Below are positions 38,725-50,000 of a stretch of DNA of 64,000 bases, piece by piece. The stretch is from contig JBBISI010000004.1 in NCBI GenBank assembly GCA_037441405.1, positions 25,417 through 89,416 of the forward strand, in the 5' to 3' direction. Source of the stretch: Candidatus Cloacimonadota bacterium (lineage in GTDB: Bacteria; Cloacimonadota; Cloacimonadia; Cloacimonadales; Cloacimonadaceae). Made by a program: the position numbers and the translations under genes. The notes beneath the pieces were generated by a model. The model worked only from the letters and a program-made list of their open reading frames with translations. It did no database searches and had not been told where the DNA came from. The stretch's first letter is position 1, and every line of letters starts with the position of its first letter.

Positions 38725-38754
38725 AAGGCCCTGAAACCGCAATATCAGGGCCTT
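38725..38754 (-). terminator. Candidate terminator downstream of gdhA
   Basis: 10-bp stem AAGGCCCTGA / TCAGGGCCTT. On the minus strand it is followed by TTGGGTTGTG, a weak U-tract. Confidence 0.5.
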
Positions 38755-38781
38755 ATGGTTTTGATATATACTATTTGAGTG

Positions 38782-40119
38782 TTATACAAGCCCTTGATCC
38801 AACATTGCATTGGCGACTTTGATAAATCCGGCGATATTGGCACCTTTGACGTAGTTGATGTAACCATCACTATCAGAGCCATACTTGCGGCATGCTTCAT
38901 GGATATTGATCATGATCCGGCGGAGTTTGCCGTCCACTTCCTCCCGTGACCAATTGAGTCGCATGCTATTCTGAGTCATTTCCAACCCGGAGGTGGATAC
39001 GCCGCCGGCATTGGCCGCCTTGCCGGGACCGTAGAGGATCTTGGCTTTCTGGAACAACTCGATAGCTTCAGGAGTGCAAGGCATATTGGCACCCTCACTG
39101 ACGCAGAGGCATCCATTTTTTATCAGACCGCGTGCATCTTCGACATCCAATTCGTTCTGGATGGCACAAGGCAGAGCGACATCGACCGGCACTTCCCAAG
39201 GGCGTTTGGCCTCAAAGAACTGGGCATTGGGATATCTTTCCACGTAGTCAAAGACGCGGTCATTATTGGAAGCGCGCAAATCGAGCATATAGTCGATCTT
39301 GTCACCGCTGATGCCTTCCTCATCGTAAATATAGCCATCTGGACCGGAGAGGGTTACTACTTTGCCGCCGAGGTCGTTCACTTTCTGAGCAGCACCCCAG
39401 GCGACATTACCGAAGCCGGAGATGGCGACACGTTTGCCTTCAAAGGTCTGGTTCCGGGTCTTGAGCATTTCTTCGGCAAAATAGACAACACCATATCCGG
39501 TAGCTTCAGGACGGATCAAACTGCCACCCCAATTCAAACCCTTGCCGGTAAAGACGCCGGTGAACTCGTTCATGAGTTTCTTATACATTCCATACATATA
39601 CCCAATCTCTCGCCCACCAACACCGATATCACCAGCCGGGACGTCAGTATTAGGTCCCACGTGACGGTAAAGTTCGCTCATAAATGCCTGACAAAAGCGC
39701 ATTATTTCAGCGTCTGATTTGCCTTTGGCATCAAAATCGGAACCTCCTTTTCCTCCACCCATAGGCAGAGTGGTCAAACTGTTTTTGAAGATCTGCTCAA
39801 AGCCAAGGAATTTAAGCGTGGAAAGGTTAACGCTGGGGTGAAAGCGGATGCCGCCTTTGTAGGGACCGATGGCACTATTGAATTGCACCCGGTAACCACG
39901 ATTGACATGCACGACGCCTTTATCATCCATCCAGGGAACACGGAAGATGATGATCCGTTCCGGTTCCACTATCCTTTCCAGGATGTTACCTTTGACAAAT
40001 CTGGGATTCTCGATATAGACATCCCATATCGATTCCACTACTTCATGCACCGCTTGCAAAAACTCAGGCTGACCGGTGTTTTTGGCAGCGACTTGCGCCA
40101 TAAATTCATGAATGGTCAT
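38782..40119 (-). CDS. gdhA: NADP-specific glutamate dehydrogenase
   Basis: GPYKGGIRFHP, catalytic PMGGGKGGSDFD, GFGNVAWGAA Rossmann motif. GGAGGA precedes the ATG at 40119 (MTIHEFMAQV...); the ORF track opens at 40146. Confidence 0.93.
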   Translation of the reverse strand: MTIHEFMAQVAAKNTGQPEFLQAVHEVVESIWDVYIENPRFVKGNILERIVEPERIIIFRVPWMDDKGVVHVNRGYRVQFNSAIGPYKGGIRFHPSVNLSTLKFLGFEQIFKNSLTTLPMGGGKGGSDFDAKGKSDAEIMRFCQAFMSELYRHVGPNTDVPAGDIGVGGREIGYMYGMYKKLMNEFTGVFTGKGLNWGGSLIRPEATGYGVVYFAEEMLKTRNQTFEGKRVAISGFGNVAWGAAQKVNDLGGKVVTLSGPDGYIYDEEGISGDKIDYMLDLRASNNDRVFDYVERYPNAQFFEAKRPWEVPVDVALPCAIQNELDVEDARGLIKNGCLCVSEGANMPCTPEAIELFQKAKILYGPGKAANAGGVSTSGLEMTQNSMRLNWSREEVDGKLRRIMINIHEACRKYGSDSDGYINYVKGANIAGFIKVANAMLDQGLV

Positions 40120-40183
40120 TACGATCCTCCATTGGGATTTCTTCAAATTTTAGGTCCATTTTAAAAAAAAAGGCATTAAACTG

Positions 40184-41407
40184 TCAAGAACTTCCAGTGA
40201 GAAGTTTTGCCACTCTTGGTGAACGTAAGCGGTGAGCATCGGGAAATCCCGCTCCCAATAAGGGACGGAGGTAGAATCGAAATTCTTCGGTAATGCCATT
40301 GCCGCTTTGGTTGATATACTCATCAGGCATGTGACGGGTCTTGCCGGCAATGTCGCATAGTTTTTCCAGACGATAATTCACAGAGTAAAATCCCGTCCTC
40401 TGAATGGATATGGATCCATCGAGGTTATACCAGATAGCATAATGTGCAGCCCGTTCTCCCACTTCCCGTGCTTCTCTTTGATCGACATCAGACACGCACC
40501 CGATGAAAGAGCGTTGGAGATAACCGAAAGTATCCGAGCGGACACGTTTGATCTCGAGTTCCTTTCTCACCAGATTGCATAAGAGATCGCCCAGCATACC
40601 GGTGCCGGACAATTGGACATTGCCATGAGCATCGTATTCTACATTCGCGGTCAGTTTCGTAATAATCGGCACGCCTTTGACGTCGATGATGCCCTCGGAA
40701 ACGGCTACTACACACCGTCCGTACCGATCATACGCCATTTTTACGTCTCTCAGGAATTGATCACGATGAAAGGGACGTTCCGGCATATAAATGAGATGCG
40801 GGCCATCATCGGGATACTTTTGTGCCAGCGCGGATGCGGCAGTCAAAAATCCGGCATGCCTGCCCATGACGACGCCAATGTACACGCCAGGGAGGGCACG
40901 GTTATCCAGATTCACTCCAGTAAAAGCCTGTGCTACAAAACGAGCCGCAGAGCCATAACCCGGAGTGTGATCATTGAGAACAAGGTCATTATCGATGGTC
41001 TTGGGAATGTGGATGGCGCGAAAGTCATACCCGGCCTTTTTAGCTTCTTCATTAACGATATGAACCGTGGCAGCGGAGTCATTCCCGCCGATATAAAAGA
41101 AGTAGCGAACATCATGCGTTTTCAACACTTTGAATATCTCCCGGCAGTATTTTTCATCCGGTTTGTCTCGTGTGGACAATAGCGCCGAAGAAGGAGTATC
41201 AGCCACCTGCTCAAGATTATGCGTGGTCTCCTGGGTCAGATCGATGAAATCCTCATTGATGATACCCTCTACTCCGTGGGTAGCACCATAAACACGTGTA
41301 ACTTGTGGAAACTTACGCGCTTCGAGAGTGACGCCCACCATGGATTGATTGATCACGGCAGTAGGTCCGCCGCCTTGGGCAACGACAACTTTGCCTTCGA
41401 GTTTCAT
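40184..41407 (-). CDS. 6-phosphofructokinase (long PFK type, possibly PPi-dependent)
   Basis: VVAQGGGPTAVINQS, IGGNDS, IPKTIDNDL, MGRHAGFL; 407 aa. Phosphoryl-donor specificity cannot be settled from sequence alone. Confidence 0.85.
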   Translation of the reverse strand: MKLEGKVVVAQGGGPTAVINQSMVGVTLEARKFPQVTRVYGATHGVEGIINEDFIDLTQETTHNLEQVADTPSSALLSTRDKPDEKYCREIFKVLKTHDVRYFFYIGGNDSAATVHIVNEEAKKAGYDFRAIHIPKTIDNDLVLNDHTPGYGSAARFVAQAFTGVNLDNRALPGVYIGVVMGRHAGFLTAASALAQKYPDDGPHLIYMPERPFHRDQFLRDVKMAYDRYGRCVVAVSEGIIDVKGVPIITKLTANVEYDAHGNVQLSGTGMLGDLLCNLVRKELEIKRVRSDTFGYLQRSFIGCVSDVDQREAREVGERAAHYAIWYNLDGSISIQRTGFYSVNYRLEKLCDIAGKTRHMPDEYINQSGNGITEEFRFYLRPLLGAGFPDAHRLRSPRVAKLLTGSS

Positions 41408-41536
41408 TAAAACCTCCTGACTGGTATGCTTGGATTTATCTTACACGATCTAACCGTAAAACAAGGCAGGGAATTTGTAAAGCAAAAAATCCTTGCCAAA
41501 ATCAAACGCCCGAAAAGTGTATCGTCAGGAGAATAT

Positions 41537-43216
41537 ATGAGCTATATCGTTCTTGCACGGAAGTACAGACCTCAGATATTTGATGAGATCTATGCCCAGG
41601 AGCATATCACTACAATTTTGCAAAACGCCCTGAATACCCAGAGGATCGCGCATGCCTATCTGTTTGCCGGGCCGCGGGGAGTGGGGAAGACATCAATGGC
41701 CAGGATCTTTGCCAAGAGCTTGAATTGTTTAAAGGGTACTACTTCCACACCATGCAATGAATGTCATATCTGCCAGGAGATCACTGCCGGGACGGCGACG
41801 GATGTGATTGAAATTGACGGCGCCAGTAATACCGGGGTGGAAGATATCCGCGAATTGCAGCGTGAATTGCTCTATGCTCCCAGCCAATCCCTGTACAAAA
41901 TCTATATCATCGACGAAGTGCATATGCTTTCTAAAAATGCATTTAATGCATTACTCAAGACTTTGGAAGAGCCCCCCGAGAATGTGATATTCATTTTTGC
42001 TACGACCGAGCCGCACAAAGTGATCCCCACGATCATTTCCCGCTGTCTACGGTTTGATTTCAAACGCATTCCGGTTGAGGATATCGTAGCCCGTATGCTA
42101 GTGATCACACAAACCGAGAATATCAAGATCGACAAGGAGTCGCTTTATATTATCGCCCAAAAGGCCGATGGCAGTTTAAGAGATGCTCTGTCGTTGATGG
42201 ATCAGGTCTTGTCCTACTGCTCGGATGAGATCAGGGAGAGCGATGCCAGAGCCGTATTTGGTCTGCTCCCGATCCAGGTCTATTGCAATATGGTAAAACA
42301 TCTTGCGGCTCATGACAGCGCCGGAGTGATCAATCTCCTCAATGACCTCATCGGTAAGGGATCCGATATTCCTGAATTGATCAATGGACTATTGGTTTTC
42401 CTCAGAGATCTCTTGGTAATCAGGATGGGGATCAATCCCTCGGAACTCAACCCGGATAATCTCGAAGTGTATCAAAACGCCGCCAATCTGCTCAGCTCCA
42501 ATAACATCATGTATATGATGGCGATCCTGATCCAGACCAAACAGGACATCAAGACCAGCAGCAATCCCATCCTGATCTTTGAAGTGACGATGATCAAACT
42601 CTCCCGGATGGATATGATGGACGATATCGCCACACTCCTCTCAAGATTGGAAAATCTGCAATTCAGTTTTCAGCCCATGGCAGAGATCGCCCAATCAAGA
42701 AGCCACGAACCAAGACCCACGAATGCAGAAGCCCAAATTCACCCGCCCGTCGATCAGGAAACATATCATTCCAATGTCCAGCCGATTACTACAACGGATC
42801 CATCGATACAAGAGAGTGATTCAAGGGTCAAACACGACGCTGCCTCTGATCTGTCTCTTCCATTCAATGAATCAAGTTTTAGAGAAATCCTGCCTAAATT
42901 GACCGAGCGCATCCACAAGCACAGCAGATTGACCGCGGGAAACCTCAAGGAATGTGAAATCGCCGGTATCAGCGAGCATGCCGTGGAATTGAAAACCACT
43001 TCCCCGACCGCTTACAACACCCTGATCAAAAATCAGGATATGATAAATGAGACCGCTTCATCCTTCTTTTCCGTACCGGTAAAACTGAATTTTATCCTGG
43101 TAAATGCCACGGTCGAACAACCCAGGCCGATCCTATCCCCAGAGGATATGGGAAAAAACAATCCTTTGGTAGAACGGCTCGTGAGGGACTTGGATCTAGT
43201 AGTGAAAGAAGATTGA
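41537..43216 (+). CDS. dnaX: DNA polymerase III subunit gamma/tau
   Basis: AGGAG precedes the ATG at 41537, giving MSYIVLARKYRPQIFDE. Walker A GPRGVGKTS, Zn module CNECHICQ, Walker B IIDEVHMLS. Confidence 0.93.
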   Translation: MSYIVLARKYRPQIFDEIYAQEHITTILQNALNTQRIAHAYLFAGPRGVGKTSMARIFAKSLNCLKGTTSTPCNECHICQEITAGTATDVIEIDGASNTGVEDIRELQRELLYAPSQSLYKIYIIDEVHMLSKNAFNALLKTLEEPPENVIFIFATTEPHKVIPTIISRCLRFDFKRIPVEDIVARMLVITQTENIKIDKESLYIIAQKADGSLRDALSLMDQVLSYCSDEIRESDARAVFGLLPIQVYCNMVKHLAAHDSAGVINLLNDLIGKGSDIPELINGLLVFLRDLLVIRMGINPSELNPDNLEVYQNAANLLSSNNIMYMMAILIQTKQDIKTSSNPILIFEVTMIKLSRMDMMDDIATLLSRLENLQFSFQPMAEIAQSRSHEPRPTNAEAQIHPPVDQETYHSNVQPITTTDPSIQESDSRVKHDAASDLSLPFNESSFREILPKLTERIHKHSRLTAGNLKECEIAGISEHAVELKTTSPTAYNTLIKNQDMINETASSFFSVPVKLNFILVNATVEQPRPILSPEDMGKNNPLVERLVRDLDLVVKED

Positions 43217-43225
43217 TCGATCCTG

Positions 43226-44317
43226 ATGGCATTTCTCCTGTTCAGTTCCCTTACCGTTATATACGCCGGATTTATCGGACTCATCGTGTGGGGTATAGTC
43301 CGCAGCCGTAATTCATCCAGCTCAATTACATCTTTTCAGGCGATATCCGTTATCGTTGCCGCTCGGAATGAAGCCACCAATCTGCCAGGATTGCTTGAGC
43401 ATCTGATGCGCCTGGATTACCCGACAGACAAGTATGAAGTGATCATTGTCAATGACCATTCCACGGATAATAGCATGGAGATCCTATCCCCTTATCGTGA
43501 TCAGCAGCAGTATCAGATCGTGGACTTTCAGGATGAAGTGCCATTGCATACCGGTAAAAAAGCCGCTCTGATGAGAGGAATAGCCAAAGCCCGATTTGAT
43601 ATCCTTGCTTTTACGGATGCTGATGCAATGCCCAATGATCAATGGTTGAAAGAGATAAACCTGGCTATGGATGAGCAGACCGATTACGTGGTCGGACTCA
43701 CTATGCTGGTGGATCGGAAGAACAAACGAACCTTTCGCCTCAAATCCTTTGAACGCATCGTTTACGCTGCCATCTGCGCCGGAGGGCTTTGGTGGCGGAT
43801 GCCGGTCACCAGTTTTGCCGGGAATCATGCCTACCGCAAAAATGTTTTTAAAGCAGCGGGAGGTTTTAAGGGCATTGCTCATCTCCGTTCCGGCGATGAT
43901 GATCTGCTTCTGATGAAGATGATGCCCCGGATCAGAAAAGCGGTGTTCAACTTTTCACCAAAGATGAAAATGCTGCTCTGGGACGGGGATAATGCCGATG
44001 CCAGACACCAGACTAATATCCGCCGTGCTTCCAAATTCCGATACTTTCCCGTCTGGCTGCAGAGCATAGCCGTATTCGTGTTTCTATACTGGCTGCTTTT
44101 TTACGCCCAATTCATCTCATGGCTGGTCGTCCGCTCTTACTTTCCGCTGATGTTGCTAACCAAAACAGCGGTGGAACTGATCTTGCTAACCGTTTTCCTC
44201 AGCCGGATCAAATACCTTCGTCTGCTCGTTTTTTATCCCGTTCAGGTCTGGCTGTTTCCCATCCAATTCATCTTCTATGCAACTTTGGGGTCTCTGGGAA
44301 AATACCGCTGGAAATGA
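43226..44317 (+). CDS. Family 2 glycosyltransferase, membrane-anchored
   Basis: ISVIVAARNE...YEVIIVNDHSTDNS...FTDADA (DxD), followed by C-terminal TM helices. Confidence 0.8.
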   Translation: MAFLLFSSLTVIYAGFIGLIVWGIVRSRNSSSSITSFQAISVIVAARNEATNLPGLLEHLMRLDYPTDKYEVIIVNDHSTDNSMEILSPYRDQQQYQIVDFQDEVPLHTGKKAALMRGIAKARFDILAFTDADAMPNDQWLKEINLAMDEQTDYVVGLTMLVDRKNKRTFRLKSFERIVYAAICAGGLWWRMPVTSFAGNHAYRKNVFKAAGGFKGIAHLRSGDDDLLLMKMMPRIRKAVFNFSPKMKMLLWDGDNADARHQTNIRRASKFRYFPVWLQSIAVFVFLYWLLFYAQFISWLVVRSYFPLMLLTKTAVELILLTVFLSRIKYLRLLVFYPVQVWLFPIQFIFYATLGSLGKYRWK

Positions 44318-44324
44318 CCTGGTT

Positions 44325-44573
44325 TTACATCTCATACATTTTGGCAGTGACGTGTTCCACTTGGTTCAATCTCTGTAGCATTTGATCCAAAGCGGCTAGA
44401 TCGCCTTGTACTTCTGGAATTACCAATCCGTCATTGGCGTAAAACTCATCGGTCACTTCATGCAATCCCAGCCGGACCTTGATGTTGCAGCCAAACTCCG
44501 TGAGGATGCTCTGCACTTTACCCGCTTCCACGCTACGTTAATCGATCTTAATGAGGACAAATTTGTAGGTCAT
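44325..44573 (-). pseudogene. Small ACT/TM1266-like protein gene interrupted by an in-frame TAA
   Basis: AAGGAG, 6 nt, then the ATG at 44573 gives MTYKFVLIKID-TAA-RSVEAGKVQSILTEFGCNIKVRLGLHEV...VEHVTAKMYEM. The stop is at 44540-44538. The ORF track only reports the GTG-initiated 68-aa tail (44325-44531). Confidence 0.55.
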
Positions 44574-44653
44574 CTCATTCTCCTTCATCTATTTAATCAA
44601 AGTCACTTTATCGCTTTACAGCAACGGAACAAAGAAAGATCTGAATAACCAAT

Positions 44654-44680
44654 ACAAAAAGGGCAGGATCGCTCCTGCCC
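44654..44680 (-). terminator. Intrinsic terminator of hup
   Basis: Stem GGGCAGGA / TCCTGCCC (44661-44680) with a 4-nt loop. On the minus strand it is followed by TTTTTG. It lies 25 nt after the hup stop. Confidence 0.8.
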
Positions 44681-44704
44681 CCTGTGAATGATAATCACAT
44701 ATGG

Positions 44705-44977
44705 TTATTTCACTGCCTCTTTCAATCTTTTCCCGGCCTTGAATACGGGAACTTTGCGTGCCGGAATCTTTAGAGGAGCTTTGGTTTTGGGATTGATACC
44801 TTTGCGGGCTTTACGTTTGGCAACACCAAATGAACCAAAGCCAACCAATGAAACCTTGCCGCCTTTTTTGAGGGCTTCGGTGATCCCTTCCAAGACGGCA
44901 GCTAGCGCAAGACCGGCTACCTTCTGTGAAATTGCGGCCTTTGCAGCAATCTTTTTTACCAATTCGTCTCTGCTCAT
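44705..44977 (-). CDS. hup: HU family DNA-binding protein
   Basis: MSRDELVKKIAAKAAISQKVAGLALAAVLEGITEALKKGGKVSLVGFGSFGVAKRKARKGINPKT...; 90 aa. Confidence 0.95.
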   Translation of the reverse strand: MSRDELVKKIAAKAAISQKVAGLALAAVLEGITEALKKGGKVSLVGFGSFGVAKRKARKGINPKTKAPLKIPARKVPVFKAGKRLKEAVK

Positions 44978-45271
44978 TTTACCTCCTTATGCGTATTGAG
45001 TATGAGTTAGAGTGTATTCCGCGCAAATCATTGTAAGCTTGTGGTATCTGTCAACAAAAAAGTTTCTGATCCTGACCATAGCTATGGGATATTTTTCCTA
45101 CCGGGCGCTCATCAAGTGCGCTAATTGCATATAAACGGTGAACTTAGGCTCAGTCTGCAGAACGATGGATTTTTGGTATTTTTTTCCATTTAAGGGGAGG
45201 GCCAGCTTTTTTGTTTGACAAATATCAGGTAGCATTCATACGAGACTCAGCCATATAAACTGGAGGTTTTA

Positions 45272-46450
45272 ATGTTTTTACGACGACGAATACCTGTCTT
45301 AGCCATAATCATTCTGATAGCAGGTTGTGCCACTACCCCCAAGGTGGAACCAATACCCAATGAACCCAGGATCAGTCTGTTGGAAGAAGCCCAGAATCTA
45401 CGTCTTGCAGGTGCTGATGCCCACGAGGCAAAGGACTACGGGATTGCCATGTCCACTTATAAAGAAGCAATGGCATTGTATCAGCAAGTTTTGCCTACTT
45501 CACCGGAACCGGATTCCATTCGCATTGATATTGAGCGTCTGTCCTTCAATATTGCCAAATTGTATATCGATATGGGTTTTGATGAATTTATCAAAGCTGC
45601 GTTTACCGGGGCCCTGGAGCAATTTATGCTCGCTTTGGAGACCTATAGCAAGATAGAACCGACCACCATGTCTGCTGCCGAATACACAAACCTGATTCTG
45701 GATCTATATAAGAACATTGCACTCGCAGCACAGAACGCCGGAGAGTATTTCATGTCGCTGGAGTATTATGACAAGGTTTTACTGCAAGACCCCTCGAATG
45801 AAGAAGTCTTGAATTATAAGTTCATTCTGCTCAAGGAATACTTAAAAGATGAGAACGCTGCATTTAATGTTCTTAAACAATTTGCCGATGTCGCACAAGA
45901 CCCCAAGGCTTATCTGATGCTGGCTATGAAGTATCGCGAACAGGGCAATAATACTGAGGCGGCCAGATACTACGACCAGGCGCTTACTCTGAGCAACGAT
46001 CCCTTGTTGATCAATACGGTTGCTGATTTTTACCGTGCAACGCAACAATGGCTCAAATCCAATCAATTGTACGAGAGATTTATCGCCACAAAACCGGATC
46101 AGGCAAGTTTGGCAACTGCCTATAAACTCATAGGCGACAATTACCGTCAAGCCCGCAACAATGCCAAGATGGTTGAGTTTTGGGAGAAATATCTGGAATT
46201 GGAGAGCGATCCACAGATATCGCTATCAGTGGCAAACCATTACTACAATGCTAAAAACTGGGGAAAAACCATTACCTATGTCACCATGACTTTATCGGCA
46301 GAATCAGGAAATAGCGATGCCAGAATGCTCCGTGGAATCTCATATTTTAATCTCAAACGAATGGCCGAGGCTAAAGCGGACTTTGAGCGTCTGCAGAATG
46401 ATCCTAAATACGGGGATCAGGCAAAGAAATTCCTGCGCGCCATACAATAA
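45272..46450 (+). CDS. TPR-repeat lipoprotein
   Basis: Signal peptide with lipobox LIAGC, followed by multiple TPR-like helical repeats. Confidence 0.7.
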   Translation: MFLRRRIPVLAIIILIAGCATTPKVEPIPNEPRISLLEEAQNLRLAGADAHEAKDYGIAMSTYKEAMALYQQVLPTSPEPDSIRIDIERLSFNIAKLYIDMGFDEFIKAAFTGALEQFMLALETYSKIEPTTMSAAEYTNLILDLYKNIALAAQNAGEYFMSLEYYDKVLLQDPSNEEVLNYKFILLKEYLKDENAAFNVLKQFADVAQDPKAYLMLAMKYREQGNNTEAARYYDQALTLSNDPLLINTVADFYRATQQWLKSNQLYERFIATKPDQASLATAYKLIGDNYRQARNNAKMVEFWEKYLELESDPQISLSVANHYYNAKNWGKTITYVTMTLSAESGNSDARMLRGISYFNLKRMAEAKADFERLQNDPKYGDQAKKFLRAIQ

Positions 46451-46538
46451 TCCATCTTTAAATATGAAAACGAATCGGCGAACCCCTTTTTATCATGAAG
46501 GTTAACTATGTTGCCCAAAGAAGAGCCATTCCATCAGG

Positions 46539-47048
46539 ATGGCTCTTGTTTTAGGTAAGCGGAGCGTTATGAAAAAGTCAGATGACAAGACTACCAAAAA
46601 TGCCAAACTCCCGCGTAGCGACGGCTCGATCAAAGCCGTTTACCGATATATGGCCAAGACCAGTATATCCAGACCATTGCTGGGTACACATATTTGTGCA
46701 GGATTTCCATCCCCAGCCCAAGATTACATCGAGGCAACTCTTGATCTCAATGAATTCCTGATCCGGCATCCTGCCTCTACTTTTTTTGTAAGAGTGGACG
46801 GCTATTCTATGATCAACGCCGGTATCGTCCCGGATGATATTCTGATCGTCGATCGGGCAGTGGAGGCGGTTCATAACAGGATCGTGGTTGCTATAATTGA
46901 TGGTGAATTGACTCTCAAACGGCTGCGGATTGAGGATGGATTGTATTGGTTGGTTCCGGAAAATCCCGAGTTCGATCCGATATGCATCGATGAGGATACC
47001 GATTTTTACATCTGGGGCGTCGTTACCTATGTAATTCACAAAGTGTAA
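46539..47048 (+). CDS. S24 peptidase, UmuD/LexA-C-terminal-like (no recognisable DNA-binding domain)
   Basis: Candidate Ala-Gly cleavage site (HICAGFPSPA), catalytic Ser in VDGYSM and Lys in LTLKRL. An alternative ATG at 46569 follows GGAG. Confidence 0.75.
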   Translation: MALVLGKRSVMKKSDDKTTKNAKLPRSDGSIKAVYRYMAKTSISRPLLGTHICAGFPSPAQDYIEATLDLNEFLIRHPASTFFVRVDGYSMINAGIVPDDILIVDRAVEAVHNRIVVAIIDGELTLKRLRIEDGLYWLVPENPEFDPICIDEDTDFYIWGVVTYVIHKV

Positions 47049-47051
47049 ACT

Positions 47052-50000
47052 GTGGTACGAATCAGATTAAATACCGGTATTCAGTGGGTGATACTGATCA
47101 TGTCGATCGTGTTAATAATGCCCGGGCAATTGCATTCAAAAGACCTGTTTATCCGCGATTTGATCCCCGTCGATATCCATACGACCACCTATCGCTTGAG
47201 TGCATCTCCAATTATGAAATACTCGGAGACCATCTATGCCGATAGTATCCTCCTCTATCCTCCGCATGATTATCAAATCAGTTATCTGGAAGGCATCATC
47301 ACGGTCAGGGATGGACTGAGGTCGGTATATCTCATTGCGGAATATACTCTTATCCCGGATCACCTGTTATCTGATCATTATCGATATCAGTCCTTTGCTT
47401 GGGATCAATTGCCCACGAATTTGCCCCGGATGGCTCCATGGTTCATGTTTCCTGAAGACGGAAAACTCACTCTAAGCGGAATTAAAACCTTTGCACTTAC
47501 TCTATCCGATGATCAGGCAGTTGATATCAAACAATCCCTGTTACTTAATCTTAGTGGAGAACTATCGCCCAATGTAATCGTGGAAGCACGGCTATCCGAC
47601 AACCAATCAAAACTATCTCCGGAGGGAGACACCCGAGAATTGAGCAGTTTGGATGAGGTATATTTCAAAGTATTCGGTCGTGGATATGAACTTGCTCTTG
47701 GCGATTTGGAATGGGGCTTCAGGGATACGCGTTTTATAAACTATCATACCAAGTTCGAAGGGATAAACGTCTGGTATAACGACTTACATGCCGCCCAATT
47801 TGCATACTCGGCAAACAACGGCAAAACGAGTTTACAGAAACTTAACATTGTCGACGGAAAACAAGGACCATATTATCTCCGGGCTACAGGATTCCAGCAA
47901 AACTTTATCGTGATCGCCGGATCAGAAAGGATTCATCTTGATGGCAATCTGCTGGAAAGAGGAACCGACTATAGCATCGATTATGCCGAGGGCTCTATCA
48001 TGTTCAGGCGATTGGTCTCATCGACCAATTCGGTCTATGTCCGTTTCCAATACTCCGATGAGTATTACAAACAGACGATGTTTCTCAATTCCAGTGAGAT
48101 TCGGTTAGCGGAAAAACTTCGTCTTCGGCATAGCATGATCGTCCAGAAAGACGACAAAAACTCTCCTCTGCAGTATAACTTCTCCACTGCAGATATCGAT
48201 TCACTGCGTACTGCCGGGGACAATGTCGTATGGGGACAGGGTGTGTTCGAGGTTGAACCGGGAACGGGTATGTATCGCAGGTTGTTCAATGATGATGGAA
48301 TTGCATACTATGATTATGCACCCGGCGACAGCACCGCCATTTATCTGATCTATTTCAGTTACGTGGGACAGGGCTTGGGCGACTATGAAGAGTTTTACTC
48401 AGGCAGATTTCGATATGTGGGCATGGGTCTGGGACGTTGGTTGCCCCAAAAATGCTTGATCCCTCCGGTCTTGCGATCAAATAACGGTCTCCGGCTCTCC
48501 TATCAAAGCGAATATTGGGAAACCGCAGTGGAAGCGCTTTATTCCACCAATGACAAAAGCACGTTATCCAAACTCGATGATGGTGACAACGACAGCATCA
48601 TGTTCTACGCTTCCGGTCGCTGGAAACCTGACCATGATGTTATTCGACCGATCGTCGATCTTGATTTCGAGAGCCGAGCCGCCCATAGTTTTCTCTTCGC
48701 TGACGATACAAACAGAGAACTGGACTATGACCTATACCAGCTTGAACCGACCGACTCGCTGGCCTTCTATCAGTTTCGGTCCTCGGTTGCTTTAGGCACT
48801 TGGTTCAACTGGACCCCTAAATTTATGGTCCGCTACCGTAAGGTGAGAGGATATATGGAATCCCAGACCTATCGCTTTCTCTCGCGATCGACCCAGGGCA
48901 AGCATTATCCCGCCTTTGATCTGAGGAATACCATATCTTTGCAGGATTACTCAGATGGATCAATATCGAGGATCCAGTTTCATCAGGCAAACAGTTCCTG
49001 GAACTACCGGGCTCTATTACTCCGGCTCAGTTACCTGTATGACAGCATCAAATATCACAACCGGAACAGCAACTCGGGATCGAGATTTATCCGCTTCAGC
49101 CCGATGATCGGATGGAGCGCGCGAGGTGCATGGCATTCCCAGTTTACCTATACCCATGACCAAAGCGATAAACTTGCCGCCGATTGGCAGACCAACAGAA
49201 CCAGTTATACGTTCTCTTTGAATCAGTTGATCTCGACCCAATTGCACCAATTGAACCTTGACGCCTCCCGCAAGATAATCGATACGGTGGACTTGTCCGA
49301 ACCCGCTGCAGATGCCGATCGATCAGCAGGCAGAAATTCCTTCGATCTGATACGCTTCCGTTCCTACCATAACCTTCTGAAAAATGCACTGACCCTACTT
49401 GCTAATTATCAATTGAATAATAGCGAGTTCTTCCCCAGAATCAGAGAACTTGAATATATCGGCAGTGGTATGGGATTGTATGACAGCACGGGCGTTTACA
49501 ATCACAATGGTGATTATGATTATACATACATAACTTCGGAGACAGGTATCTTGAGCACCGAGATTCATACACAGATAAATCTCTATCTAAAACCATCGTT
49601 CATAAGCAGATCAGCTTTCTTACGCCGGATCAATTCTGATGTAATGATCAGTGCTACTGAGCAGAATTCAAAACGCAATGACTGGAAGATTCTACTCTAT
49701 TTGCCGCAAAGCGTGTTCAACGACTCGACAACCATTTATGGCAGACAGGCATTCCAGCAAACCCTGTGGCTTGATCTGATCACCGGAAAAGTCACTGCTA
49801 ATGCGCAGTTTGGTTTTACCCGTTCACTGGATCAACGCTATCAAAGTTATTCCCGTTCCACAAGTAGGCAGACCTCATTGGAAATGGAATTACGCCAATT
49901 TAGAAACCACAGTTACCGCGTCCGTTTTGACCACGATCTGGATACAGACACCCGCTACAATTCAGAGATAGACCGCTCCGACTTTTCGGTGCAGACCCAA

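Noticed and set aside
41408-41536. Possible SRP RNA (ffs) upstream of dnaX, as seen in some bacteria
   Set aside because: Only a short AAGGCAG match is present. The region lacks the conserved domain IV symmetric and asymmetric loop sequence and any long helix.
42000-43216. Programmed -1 frameshift site in dnaX (gamma/tau)
   Set aside because: No A AAA AAG-type slippery heptamer with a downstream hairpin occurs at a plausible position. The only A-run (GGGAAAAAAC near 43150) is about 20 codons from the stop.
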